In this document: positions 17,124 to 25,425 of the stretch, one piece after another
Numbering within the stretch: position 1 is the stretch's first letter
How the letters are laid out: every line of letters begins with the position of its first letter
Assembly (NCBI GenBank): GCA_964477925.1
Contig: CAYZFT010000001.1
Location: 1 to 58,215, forward strand
From: an uncultured Candidatus Saccharibacteria bacterium
GTDB lineage: Bacteria > Patescibacteriota > Saccharimonadia > Saccharimonadales > UBA4665
Length of the DNA: 58,215 bases
Direction: 5' to 3'
The notes under the pieces: model-generated
Told to the model about the DNA's origin: nothing
What the model saw: only the letters and a program-made list of their open reading frames with translations
Database searches by the model: none
Translations under genes and position numbers: made by a program

Positions 17124-18758
17124 ATGCTTAAAAAAACTTTGAACCCTATAGTTAACTTGTACTCGTGGCGGATGCCCCGAACGCTTGTCATTGCCTTGCG
17201 CGAGCATGGTAGCTCGACGCGTAAATTTCTCAAATGGTTCTGGACTACCAAGACATACCGCACCCGCTACAACGTATTTTGGGAGCAAGACACGCCGCTG
17301 GTAGCTCTGCTGCTTGCTGGCATGGTCGGGATGATTGTCAGTGGTGTCTGGCTGCTATACGTTTGGGCGATTCACGGTACAGCAGGGTATTGGGCGTTCG
17401 GCCTAGCGATGCTCGTTATTTATCCTGTGGCCATAGCACATGTGTTAGTTCTTGGCGTGTGGTTAAAACGGAGTTTGTGGTATCTTACGCACCCGAAAAA
17501 GCTCGGAAAAGCGGTACTTGCAACGATACTAGAGGCGCAAGTTCTATCGCTACGCCGCCGTCACAATTTTACCATTGTGGCTGTCGCGGGGTCGGTCGGC
17601 AAAACTAGTACCAAGCTTGCCGTTGCCAATCTACTTGGTCAAAATTTGCGTGTCCTGTACCAGACCGGTAACTATAACGACCGTGTAACAGTCCCGCTCA
17701 TCATATTTAATCAGCTGCAACCGAGCCTGTGGAATGTTTTTGGCTGGCTCAAGCTCATTGGTGAGAACACCGCAAGCATCTCGCACCCGTACCCCTACGA
17801 CGTTGTGGTCGTCGAGCTGGGCACTGATGGCCCGGGGCAGATGGCAGACTTCGCCTATCTCAAGCCCGATATCACAGTCCTGACGGCGATATCGGCCGAA
17901 CATATGGAGAATTTTCACTCACTCGATGCGGTTGCCGCCGAGGAACTAACCGTCTTTGATTACAGCAAACGAGTGCTCGTAAACGCCGATGACATCGCCG
18001 GCAAGTACCTTGCAGGGCGAGAGTTTGAAGAATACAGTATCCTCACGAACGTTGCACATAATTACTACGCGAAGCCAACGGGTAGCAGTGTGCAGGGCCA
18101 AAAATTGAACATTGAGTTTCCGTCAGGTAAGTTAACCGCACATATCAAATATATCGGGCGCCAGGGTGCGAAGTTCGCCGTTGCCGCTGCTGCCGTGGCC
18201 GATATGCTTGGTGTATCTCATGCAGACATCGCTCAGGGGCTGGAACGGCTCGAACCATTCGCCGGGCGTATGCAGGTGCTTGAAGGCATACAAGGGAGTG
18301 TGCTCATCGATGATACATATAACGCCAGCCCCCTAGCTACAAAGGCAGCACTTGATGTTCTCTATGCGCACGATTGTTCGCAGCGCATTGCTATCTTGGG
18401 GAGCATGAATGAGCTCGGTAATTATGCTCATGCCGCCCATGTCGAAGTCGGCGAATACTGTGACCCAATAAAACTCGATATGGTTGTGACTGTTGGTGTT
18501 GATGCTGAGCGCTGGTTGGCCCCGGCGGCCAAACGAGCGGGCTGTACTGTACATAGCTTCAAAAGTCCTTATCAGGCCGGCCACTTCGTATCTAAGCACA
18601 TCAAAAAAGGTGCCACGGTACTGGCAAAAGGCTCACAGAATGGTGTCTTCACAGAGGAGGCGCTTAAACAGCTTTTGCATCACCCAGCTGACAGTACCAA
18701 GCTTGTTCGTCAGAGCAAATGGTGGCTACGCACAAAATCTAAACAGTTTACTGCCTAG
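17124..18758 (+). CDS. murF: MurF-like Mur ligase with N-terminal transmembrane extension
   Basis: Contains VAGSVGKTSTK (P-loop), DDTYNASP and LGSMNELG. The N-terminal ~130 aa carry 2-3 TM helices in place of the usual MurF domain 1. TGgGACAAT lies 6 nt before ATG 17124. The ORF track start is GTG 17106. Confidence 0.8.
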   Translation: MLKKTLNPIVNLYSWRMPRTLVIALREHGSSTRKFLKWFWTTKTYRTRYNVFWEQDTPLVALLLAGMVGMIVSGVWLLYVWAIHGTAGYWAFGLAMLVIYPVAIAHVLVLGVWLKRSLWYLTHPKKLGKAVLATILEAQVLSLRRRHNFTIVAVAGSVGKTSTKLAVANLLGQNLRVLYQTGNYNDRVTVPLIIFNQLQPSLWNVFGWLKLIGENTASISHPYPYDVVVVELGTDGPGQMADFAYLKPDITVLTAISAEHMENFHSLDAVAAEELTVFDYSKRVLVNADDIAGKYLAGREFEEYSILTNVAHNYYAKPTGSSVQGQKLNIEFPSGKLTAHIKYIGRQGAKFAVAAAAVADMLGVSHADIAQGLERLEPFAGRMQVLEGIQGSVLIDDTYNASPLATKAALDVLYAHDCSQRIAILGSMNELGNYAHAAHVEVGEYCDPIKLDMVVTVGVDAERWLAPAAKRAGCTVHSFKSPYQAGHFVSKHIKKGATVLAKGSQNGVFTEEALKQLLHHPADSTKLVRQSKWWLRTKSKQFTA

Positions 18759-18776
18759 TTCGCGTATTATAGAAGC

Positions 18777-19511
18777 ATGCAAGTTATCGTAGACGGCACG
18801 CCCATAGCGTACTCAGATGAAGGCTCAGGACCTGCGCTTGTGTTTGTGCATGGCTGGCGGGACGCAAAAGAAACCTGGCAGCCAATTATACAAGTCCTGA
18901 AGGCAAACAATCGTTGCATTGCACTAGATTTGCCCAATTTCGGAGCCAGCGGGCACAGCTCTGTGATTACGTCGCTCGACGCATATGCACAAACCGTGAA
19001 GCAATTTTTGCAGAAACTCGCCGTCGACAACTATGCGCTTGTCGGCCACTCAATGGGTGGGCAAATTGGCATATTTGCCGTTGGCTCGGGCATCTTGACC
19101 CCTCAGCATCTTGTGCTCGTTGCTGCCGCCGGTGTGCGTGACGAAAAACAAACACAAAAGTCTTTTCTAAGAGGGCTGTCGAAGCCACTTCGCCATGTCA
19201 TCCCCGACACCGTCAAGGCAAAATTCTATAAGCGTATTGGGTCCGATTACGACCCGTCACTGGCTCCGGAGCTAAAAGCGACCATCGCTCACATGCTCGA
19301 TACCGATATCCAGTCATTCGCGAGACGTATCACAACCCCAACGTTGCTTATTTATGGCGAACAAGATGCCTCGACGCCACCGCGTTTTGGCCAGAAACTG
19401 CGTGCTGTAATCAAAGACGCACAGTACAAAGAACTCACCGGCCAAGACCACTGGCTTCATCAGCACGCCCCATCAGAAATCGCACAGCTCATTCAGGAGT
19501 TCACACGATGA
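18777..19511 (+). CDS. alpha/beta-fold hydrolase
   Basis: Contains VFVHGW, the nucleophile elbow GHSMGG, and a C-terminal DH pair (QDHWLH). TATTAT lies 6 nt before the ATG. Confidence 0.85.
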   Translation: MQVIVDGTPIAYSDEGSGPALVFVHGWRDAKETWQPIIQVLKANNRCIALDLPNFGASGHSSVITSLDAYAQTVKQFLQKLAVDNYALVGHSMGGQIGIFAVGSGILTPQHLVLVAAAGVRDEKQTQKSFLRGLSKPLRHVIPDTVKAKFYKRIGSDYDPSLAPELKATIAHMLDTDIQSFARRITTPTLLIYGEQDASTPPRFGQKLRAVIKDAQYKELTGQDHWLHQHAPSEIAQLIQEFTR

Positions 19512-20959
19512 AGGCACTGCGATTCTATGCGTCCTGGTTCAGTCCTAAGCTACCGGTTTATTACGTCTATATGCTTCAGCAGGTCGAATACCATCCAGAA
19601 AAATTTATCCAATGGTTCGACGAGTTGGCATCTACCAATCAACCTATATGGAGTGTAATGTACCGCCAACGGCTTGTGTATACCAACCGCGCCAAGTTGT
19701 TGGTTGGGTTTGGCTATGTAGTACTGTTTTGTTGGGTAGCTAGTACTGCGGCCGGGGCTTTGTCGGTTGGTGAGCCCATCCGTGCATCAATATACCTCCT
19801 CATCGGGGTACTTTTTGCACCTTCGTTGCTCACTATCTCCTATTTTGTCGTGCTGTTGATTGCTCGATTGACTTTTGCGCCCGCTCAGGAAAAACGGCTC
19901 ATTGAGGCAACCAAGCAGCGTCTTATGCAGTGCTCGGCCCAAATCATTGTAGTAGCAGGCAGTTATGGCAAGACTACCATGAAAGAATTATTAGTGGACG
20001 TATTGGCTAAAAAATATGTCGTCAAGGCAACACTTGGCAATGGCAATACGCCGTCGGCTCACGCTAAGTTCGTCAGAGGTCTTGAGGGAGACGAAGAAAT
20101 ACTCATTTTTGAGTTAGGCGAGGGCAAACCCGGAGATGTCCGTCAATTTGCCGAGACGCTGCAACCCGATTACGCAGTCATCACTGGTTTAGCACCAAAC
20201 CATCTTGATGCATATAAAACGGTTGATGCACTTGCTGAAGACATTTTGTCACTCAGAGAGTTCGTCGAGCCCGAGAAACTATATGTTGCTGGCGATTCGC
20301 GACTACTGCGTCAGCACGTACGAGATACCGATGTCGTGTATGACGAAAAGGGCGGGCCGGAATGGCATAATTCAGATGTACGAATAACAGCAACTGCGAC
20401 AAAATTCAAAACCAACTTACACAATCGCTCACTTGAGATTGTGAGTCGGCTACCCGGTCGGCACCAGGTGGCGCCACTTAGTTTTGTCGCCGCATTTGCA
20501 GCAATGTTGGGCGTCCCCGAAAAAGACATTTGCCAAGCTATTGAGGATATCTTGCCCTACGAGCACCGTATGCAGCCGTACCAGCTAGGGGGCGCGATAA
20601 TTATAGACGATACCTACAATGGCAATGCCGAAGGCATCATGGCTGGGCTCTCGCTGCTCCTAGAGATAGAAGCAAAGCGGAAGATATATGTTACGCCCGG
20701 TCTTGTTGACCAAGGCTCAGAAACTGATGCTGTACACCGGGCAATTGCCGCAAAAATCGCCGAGACGAAGCCCGACTGGCTAATACTGATGGATAACTCT
20801 GCGACTAAGATTATTAATGATGAGCTCAATACGCTCGGTTATAAGGGCACAGTAACTTTTGAGTCGGCACCACTACGGTTCTACGAGAACCTTGACCAAT
20901 TCGTGAGAGCGGGTGACGTGGTGCTTATGCAAAATGACTGGACTGATAATTATCGATAA
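19508..20959 (+). CDS. second Mur-ligase-family paralog with N-terminal transmembrane extension
   Basis: Contains VAGSYGKTTMK and DDTYNGNAEG. The N-terminal ~130 aa are organised like the gene at 17124 (2 TM helices). ATGA overlap with the hydrolase stop. Confidence 0.75.
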   Translation: MKALRFYASWFSPKLPVYYVYMLQQVEYHPEKFIQWFDELASTNQPIWSVMYRQRLVYTNRAKLLVGFGYVVLFCWVASTAAGALSVGEPIRASIYLLIGVLFAPSLLTISYFVVLLIARLTFAPAQEKRLIEATKQRLMQCSAQIIVVAGSYGKTTMKELLVDVLAKKYVVKATLGNGNTPSAHAKFVRGLEGDEEILIFELGEGKPGDVRQFAETLQPDYAVITGLAPNHLDAYKTVDALAEDILSLREFVEPEKLYVAGDSRLLRQHVRDTDVVYDEKGGPEWHNSDVRITATATKFKTNLHNRSLEIVSRLPGRHQVAPLSFVAAFAAMLGVPEKDICQAIEDILPYEHRMQPYQLGGAIIIDDTYNGNAEGIMAGLSLLLEIEAKRKIYVTPGLVDQGSETDAVHRAIAAKIAETKPDWLILMDNSATKIINDELNTLGYKGTVTFESAPLRFYENLDQFVRAGDVVLMQNDWTDNYR

Positions 20960-20977
20960 ACAGGTATACTAGACTAT

Positions 20978-22150
20978 ATGAAAACCATAGCAGTTATATT
21001 TGGGGGGCGTTCGACTGAGCATGACATATCTGTCATTACCGCACTTGCGAGTGTCATCCGGCCGCTTATACTCAGCCGAAAATACGAAGTTTTGCCAGTC
21101 TACATAACCAAAAAGGGCGAGTGGTATGCCGATGAGCGACTTGGCGATATCCAACTATTTAGCCAAGGCGCAATCCAGCCTTTGCTCGCCAAATTATCGC
21201 CAGTTCAACTCGATATCAATGGTCATTTTGTCGTTGTTTGGCCCGGAAGTGGCTTACGTGCTACGAAACAGCGAAACATTGATGTTGTCTTCCCGGCTAT
21301 GCACGGTATGTTTGGCGAAGACGGAGATTTGATGGGGCTACTTGAAATGGCCTGTGTTCCCTATGTTGGGTGCAACGTGCCAGCCAGTGTCGTCGCCATG
21401 GATAAAGTACTAGCCAAGCAAGTGACGGCTGCAGACCATATCGCCTCGACACCATGGCTATGGTGTACTGGCCGCGAGGCAGTCGAGCAGGCCGATACCA
21501 TAGTTGCCAAAGCGACAATGCAACTAGCATGGTCCATCTTTGTAAAGCCCGCGCACCTTGGTTCAAGTATTGGCATCACACGTGTGGCAAACGAGCTTGA
21601 ACTTCGTAACGCGCTCGAAGTTGCTGCGCACTATGACGATAAAATCATTATCGAGCAGGGTGTGGCTAATCTTATTGAAGTCACGTTGCCAATCATGGGC
21701 AATGAAACACTGACGCCAGCCTTGCTCGAACAACCGCTCACTAGCTCCGAAGATTTCTTTGATTTTGACACAAAGTACATGCAGGGCGGGAAGAAGGGTG
21801 GCAAAAACGGTGGTGGCAAAACTGCTGGTGCTCAGGGCTACAGCAAGCTTCCCGCAGAGCTGCCAGATGATTTATATAAAAAGGCAGAACAGCTTGGTCT
21901 TGCCGTGTACCGTTCGCTGGGTTGCACTGGTACCGCACGCGTCGATATGCTCATCGATAGCAAAACCGAGCAAGTATATTTCAACGAGGTCAATCCACTT
22001 CCTGGTGATTTGTATCGTCATAACTGGCGCCAGGCAGGTGTCTCGGGCATTGAGCTTGTCGACAAACTCATAAACCTGGCCGAAGAGCGTTTTGAAAGCG
22101 TCAGTACCAAAACGACCACATTTAGTACGAGCTTCCTCAAGCAGTTCTAG
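20978..22150 (+). CDS. ddl: D-alanine--D-alanine ligase
   Basis: Contains IAVIFGGRSTEHDISVITA, FPAMHGMFGEDG, FVKPAHLGSSIGI, FDFDTKY and NEVNPLPG. TATACT (20965-20970) lies 7 nt before the ATG. Confidence 0.92.
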   Translation: MKTIAVIFGGRSTEHDISVITALASVIRPLILSRKYEVLPVYITKKGEWYADERLGDIQLFSQGAIQPLLAKLSPVQLDINGHFVVVWPGSGLRATKQRNIDVVFPAMHGMFGEDGDLMGLLEMACVPYVGCNVPASVVAMDKVLAKQVTAADHIASTPWLWCTGREAVEQADTIVAKATMQLAWSIFVKPAHLGSSIGITRVANELELRNALEVAAHYDDKIIIEQGVANLIEVTLPIMGNETLTPALLEQPLTSSEDFFDFDTKYMQGGKKGGKNGGGKTAGAQGYSKLPAELPDDLYKKAEQLGLAVYRSLGCTGTARVDMLIDSKTEQVYFNEVNPLPGDLYRHNWRQAGVSGIELVDKLINLAEERFESVSTKTTTFSTSFLKQF

Positions 22151-22176
22151 CCGGTTCTCTGGTATAATCAGAGTCT

Positions 22177-25164
22177 ATGAGACGGTACAACCCCAAAGAA
22201 ATTGAGCCCAAGTGGCAGCTTGCATGGGATGAGGCGCAGGTTTACAAAGCAGACCTCAAGAGCGACAAGCCCAAATACATCGCCATGAGTATGTTTAACT
22301 ACCCAAGTGGTGCGGGCATACACATTGGACACGCCATGAATTACACCATCAGTGATGTCATGGCACGTTTCAAGCGACAGCAGGGCTACGAGAGTTACCA
22401 TCCGGTTGGCTGGGATGCCTTCGGCTTGCCCGCAGAAAACTTTGCAATCAAAACTGGTGTATCGCCGCAGGCTAGCATGGCCACAATTATTCCAAGCTAC
22501 CACACGCAGTACAAAGCCATGGGCTGGAGCAACGACTGGAGCAAAGAAATCGCCACACACGAGCCCATTTACTACAAATGGACGCAATGGATTTTTGCCG
22601 AAATGTTTAAGCGGGGTATGGCCTACCAAGATGCTCGCCAACAGTGGTGGTGCGAAAAGTGCCAAACGGTGCTCGCCAACGAGCAAGTGATTGACGGCAA
22701 ATGCTGGCGGCATGATGCGGCCGACGACGCTGAAGTCAAGAAAAAAGAAGTCAAACAGTGGTTTTTCAAAGTTACCGACTACGCCGAGGAAATGCTGGAG
22801 GCTACCGATGACCTCGACTGGTCAGAAGTGGTCAAAACCGCGCAAAAAAACTGGATCGGCAAATCCCAAGGCGCCGAAGTCACATTCGCCCTTGCAGACG
22901 ACGAGTCTCGAGTTGCGAGTCTCGAGCCTCGCGACTCGATTACGGTGTTTACGACCCGACCCGATACGCTTTACGGCGCAACGTTTATGGTGCTTGCTCC
23001 CGAGCACGAGCTGGTGGCTCAGATTACGACCGCCACACAGCGGGCATCGGTCGAGGCTTACATTGCTAGTGCGGTCAAAAAGTCAGAAGTCGAGCGCCAA
23101 GAAAACAAGGTCAAAACGGGTGTTTTCACCGGTGCGTTCGCAATCAACCCTGTAAACGGGCTGAAAATACCCATTTGGATTGCCGACTATGTCCTCACCG
23201 GCTACGGCACGGGCGCAATCATGGCCGTCCCAGCCCACGACGAGCGTGACAACGAATTTGCCAAGAAGTTCGATTTGCCGATTCGGCAGGTCATTATGCA
23301 GTGCGAAGAAGATTCAACCAACCCGACTCAGAAGGGCTTCAAAGAAGTCGTTCGTGATACGGTCATAGCACACCTTCGGAATCAGCAAAATGGCAAATTT
23401 GCATTGCTAAAATGGCATGGCACACTCGAGGGCACAACCACGGCCATTATGGGCGGGATTGAAAGCGGGCAGACAGCAGAGCAGGCCGCAGCGACAGAAA
23501 TACTCGAGGAAGCGGGTCTTCGCGGTGTCCGGTTTGTCAAGAAACTTCGTTGGCTCAGTGGGGCGCGTTACTGCGCATCCCATAAACAAGAAAACAGAAA
23601 GTCAATCGCGCATACATTATTAGCAGAGATTGATACTGTTAATGACCAACTAGAGATTGACGAGAAAGAAAAACAAACCCACACGCTGATATGGGTTGAT
23701 GAAAATGAAGTTATTGAGAGCTTGACGCCCGACCACCAAAAATTTGTCTGGAAGCAGCTACAAGATGAAACAATAGTTACCGAAGAAGGTGAATTAGTTA
23801 ACTCAGCAGAGTACACGGGTTTGTCTAGTGCTGACGCAAGGGAAAAGATTATTAAAGATCTCGAAGCGAAGGGGCTTGCGAGATTCGTTACGAACTTCCG
23901 CATACGAGACTGGAGTGTGAGCAGGCAACGCTACTGGGGTGCGCCTATTCCAATCATTAACTGCCCGGAGCACGGTGCAGTTTTGGACGAGAAGTTGCCG
24001 GTGCTTTTGCCCGAGCTCGAAGATTTCCAGCCGAGTGGCGATGGTCGCAGCGCACTCGCACGCGCAACTGACTGGCTGAACGTGCCGTGTCCCCTGTGTG
24101 GTAAGCCTGCCGAGCGCGAGACAGACACGCTCGATACTTACATTTGTAGCAGCTGGTATATGCTGCGCTATTTTGACCCCGCCAATGAAGACGCCATCTT
24201 TGACACGACAGTCGCCAACAAATGGATGCCAATCGACTTTTACAACGGCGGTGACCACGCGACGGCACATATGATTTATGCACGGTTTATGACACGCTTT
24301 TTCCATCATATTGGCCTGCTCGAGAGCCCAGAGCCATTCAAACGCTTCTTGTTTAATGGCAAGGTTACGGCCAGCGACGGCACGATGTTTAGCAAAAGCA
24401 AGGGTAACGGCGTCGACCCGCTCGAAATCATCGCACAGGGCTACGGGGCCGATGCACTGCGTACCTACCTCATGTTTGCCGCTCCACTAGACCTCTGGAT
24501 GCGTTGGGACCCACAAGGTGTGCCCGGCACCTACCGCTTTCTCAACCGTGTCTGGAACCTCGTACAAGAGTTCGTCGACATTCGTCATTCCCGTGAAAAT
24601 GGGAATCCAGTAAAAAATATGTCGCTTGGCGACGAAAATAACTGGATCTCCGATCAGGTCGGAGATGACGGTGGCGTGAAAATTTTACGCGTCATCCACC
24701 CTGTCATCAAAAAAGTCACTGCAGACCTTGAGGTGCAAAAGTATAACACCGCTATCGCGACAATGATGAAGTGTGTCAATGACCTCTACGAGCTCAAAGC
24801 CAAAGACTTATACAATAACCGCGCAAGCTGGCAGTTCGCCCTCGAAAGCCTTGTGGCGCTTGTGGCACCATTTGCACCGCACATCGCCGATGAACTGTGG
24901 CGTGACCTCGGTCGTGGCACAAGTGTCCAGCGTGAAAGTTGGCCGATTTTCGACGAGGTCTATTGTGTCGCCGACACGGTGACACTCGCCGTGCAGGTCA
25001 ATGGCAAACTACGAGGCACGGTGACCGTGGCAGCCGATGCCGACGAAGCCACATCGGTCGATGCAGCCAAAGCTGACGAAAAAGTCGCGAGCTACCTCGC
25101 CGAAGGCACCATCCTCAAAACTATCTACGTCAAAAACAAGCTCATAAGCTTTGTTGTACGCTAG
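22177..25164 (+). CDS. leuS: leucine--tRNA ligase, with extra inserted segments
   Basis: Contains the HIGH motif (GIHIGHAMNY), TTRPDTLYGATF, AVPAHDERDNEFAKKF, RDWSVSRQRYWGAPIP and a KMSKS-like FSKSKGNG. At 995 aa it is longer than typical bacterial LeuRS. TGgTATAAT (22163-22168) lies 8 nt before the ATG. Confidence 0.95.
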   Translation: MRRYNPKEIEPKWQLAWDEAQVYKADLKSDKPKYIAMSMFNYPSGAGIHIGHAMNYTISDVMARFKRQQGYESYHPVGWDAFGLPAENFAIKTGVSPQASMATIIPSYHTQYKAMGWSNDWSKEIATHEPIYYKWTQWIFAEMFKRGMAYQDARQQWWCEKCQTVLANEQVIDGKCWRHDAADDAEVKKKEVKQWFFKVTDYAEEMLEATDDLDWSEVVKTAQKNWIGKSQGAEVTFALADDESRVASLEPRDSITVFTTRPDTLYGATFMVLAPEHELVAQITTATQRASVEAYIASAVKKSEVERQENKVKTGVFTGAFAINPVNGLKIPIWIADYVLTGYGTGAIMAVPAHDERDNEFAKKFDLPIRQVIMQCEEDSTNPTQKGFKEVVRDTVIAHLRNQQNGKFALLKWHGTLEGTTTAIMGGIESGQTAEQAAATEILEEAGLRGVRFVKKLRWLSGARYCASHKQENRKSIAHTLLAEIDTVNDQLEIDEKEKQTHTLIWVDENEVIESLTPDHQKFVWKQLQDETIVTEEGELVNSAEYTGLSSADAREKIIKDLEAKGLARFVTNFRIRDWSVSRQRYWGAPIPIINCPEHGAVLDEKLPVLLPELEDFQPSGDGRSALARATDWLNVPCPLCGKPAERETDTLDTYICSSWYMLRYFDPANEDAIFDTTVANKWMPIDFYNGGDHATAHMIYARFMTRFFHHIGLLESPEPFKRFLFNGKVTASDGTMFSKSKGNGVDPLEIIAQGYGADALRTYLMFAAPLDLWMRWDPQGVPGTYRFLNRVWNLVQEFVDIRHSRENGNPVKNMSLGDENNWISDQVGDDGGVKILRVIHPVIKKVTADLEVQKYNTAIATMMKCVNDLYELKAKDLYNNRASWQFALESLVALVAPFAPHIADELWRDLGRGTSVQRESWPIFDEVYCVADTVTLAVQVNGKLRGTVTVAADADEATSVDAAKADEKVASYLAEGTILKTIYVKNKLISFVVR
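23304..23788 (+). other. Nudix-like domain inserted in LeuRS, bounded by an 8-bp direct repeat
   Basis: KWHGTLEGTTTAIMGGIESGQTAEQAAATEILEEAGL fits G-x5-E-x7-REUxEExGU with E to Q and R to T substitutions. cgaagaag occurs at 23304-23311 and 23781-23788, 477 nt (159 codons) apart. Confidence 0.7.
24581..24677 (+). repeat. in-frame palindromic repeat element (three hairpins) inside leuS
   Basis: attccc-gtgaaaat-gggaat at 24587-24606, gtcgc-ttg-gcgac at 24621-24633, and atctccga-tcagg-tcggagat at 24646-24666. Related to pheT 51146-51203. Confidence 0.75.
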
Positions 25165-25245
25165 CGGCCTTGAGTTTAGGGGCAAAATAGGGTACAATCT
25201 AGTCAATACAATCAATCAAACTCTTTGGAAGGAGTTCGCACATCT

Positions 25246-25401
25246 ATGGGTAAGCCAAAGAAACGCACTAGTCCACGCGCCACCGGCGCACGTCGCAGCC
25301 ACCTTATCGTTAAGTTGGCACGCGCCGTTAACAAAAAGTCACCAGTCAAAGCCTACACAACCCGCCGCGAGAGCGGTAAAGAACTTGCTGCCACCAAATA
25401 A
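25246..25401 (+). CDS. rpmF: 50S ribosomal protein L32
   Basis: 51-aa ORF missing from the track because it is under 60 aa. It translates as MGKPKKRTSPRATGARRSHLIVKLARAV... The KKRTS...RRSH signature is typical of L32. SD ggaaggag lies 11 nt upstream. Confidence 0.8.
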   Translation: MGKPKKRTSPRATGARRSHLIVKLARAVNKKSPVKAYTTRRESGKELAATK

Positions 25402-25425
25402 ACATTAGGGGGTAGTTCTTACACC

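Noticed and set aside
23296-23790. LeuRS insertion as a second intein (its third residue is a Cys)
   Set aside because: There is no C-terminal HN plus nucleophile junction, no TxxH block B and no HINT block F/G pattern. The sequence fits a Nudix fold instead.
25151-25408. 85-aa ORF from the track between leuS and nusB
   Set aside because: A different frame of the same region encodes a 51-aa protein with the L32 signature and a strong SD (25246-25401). The 85-aa frame has neither.
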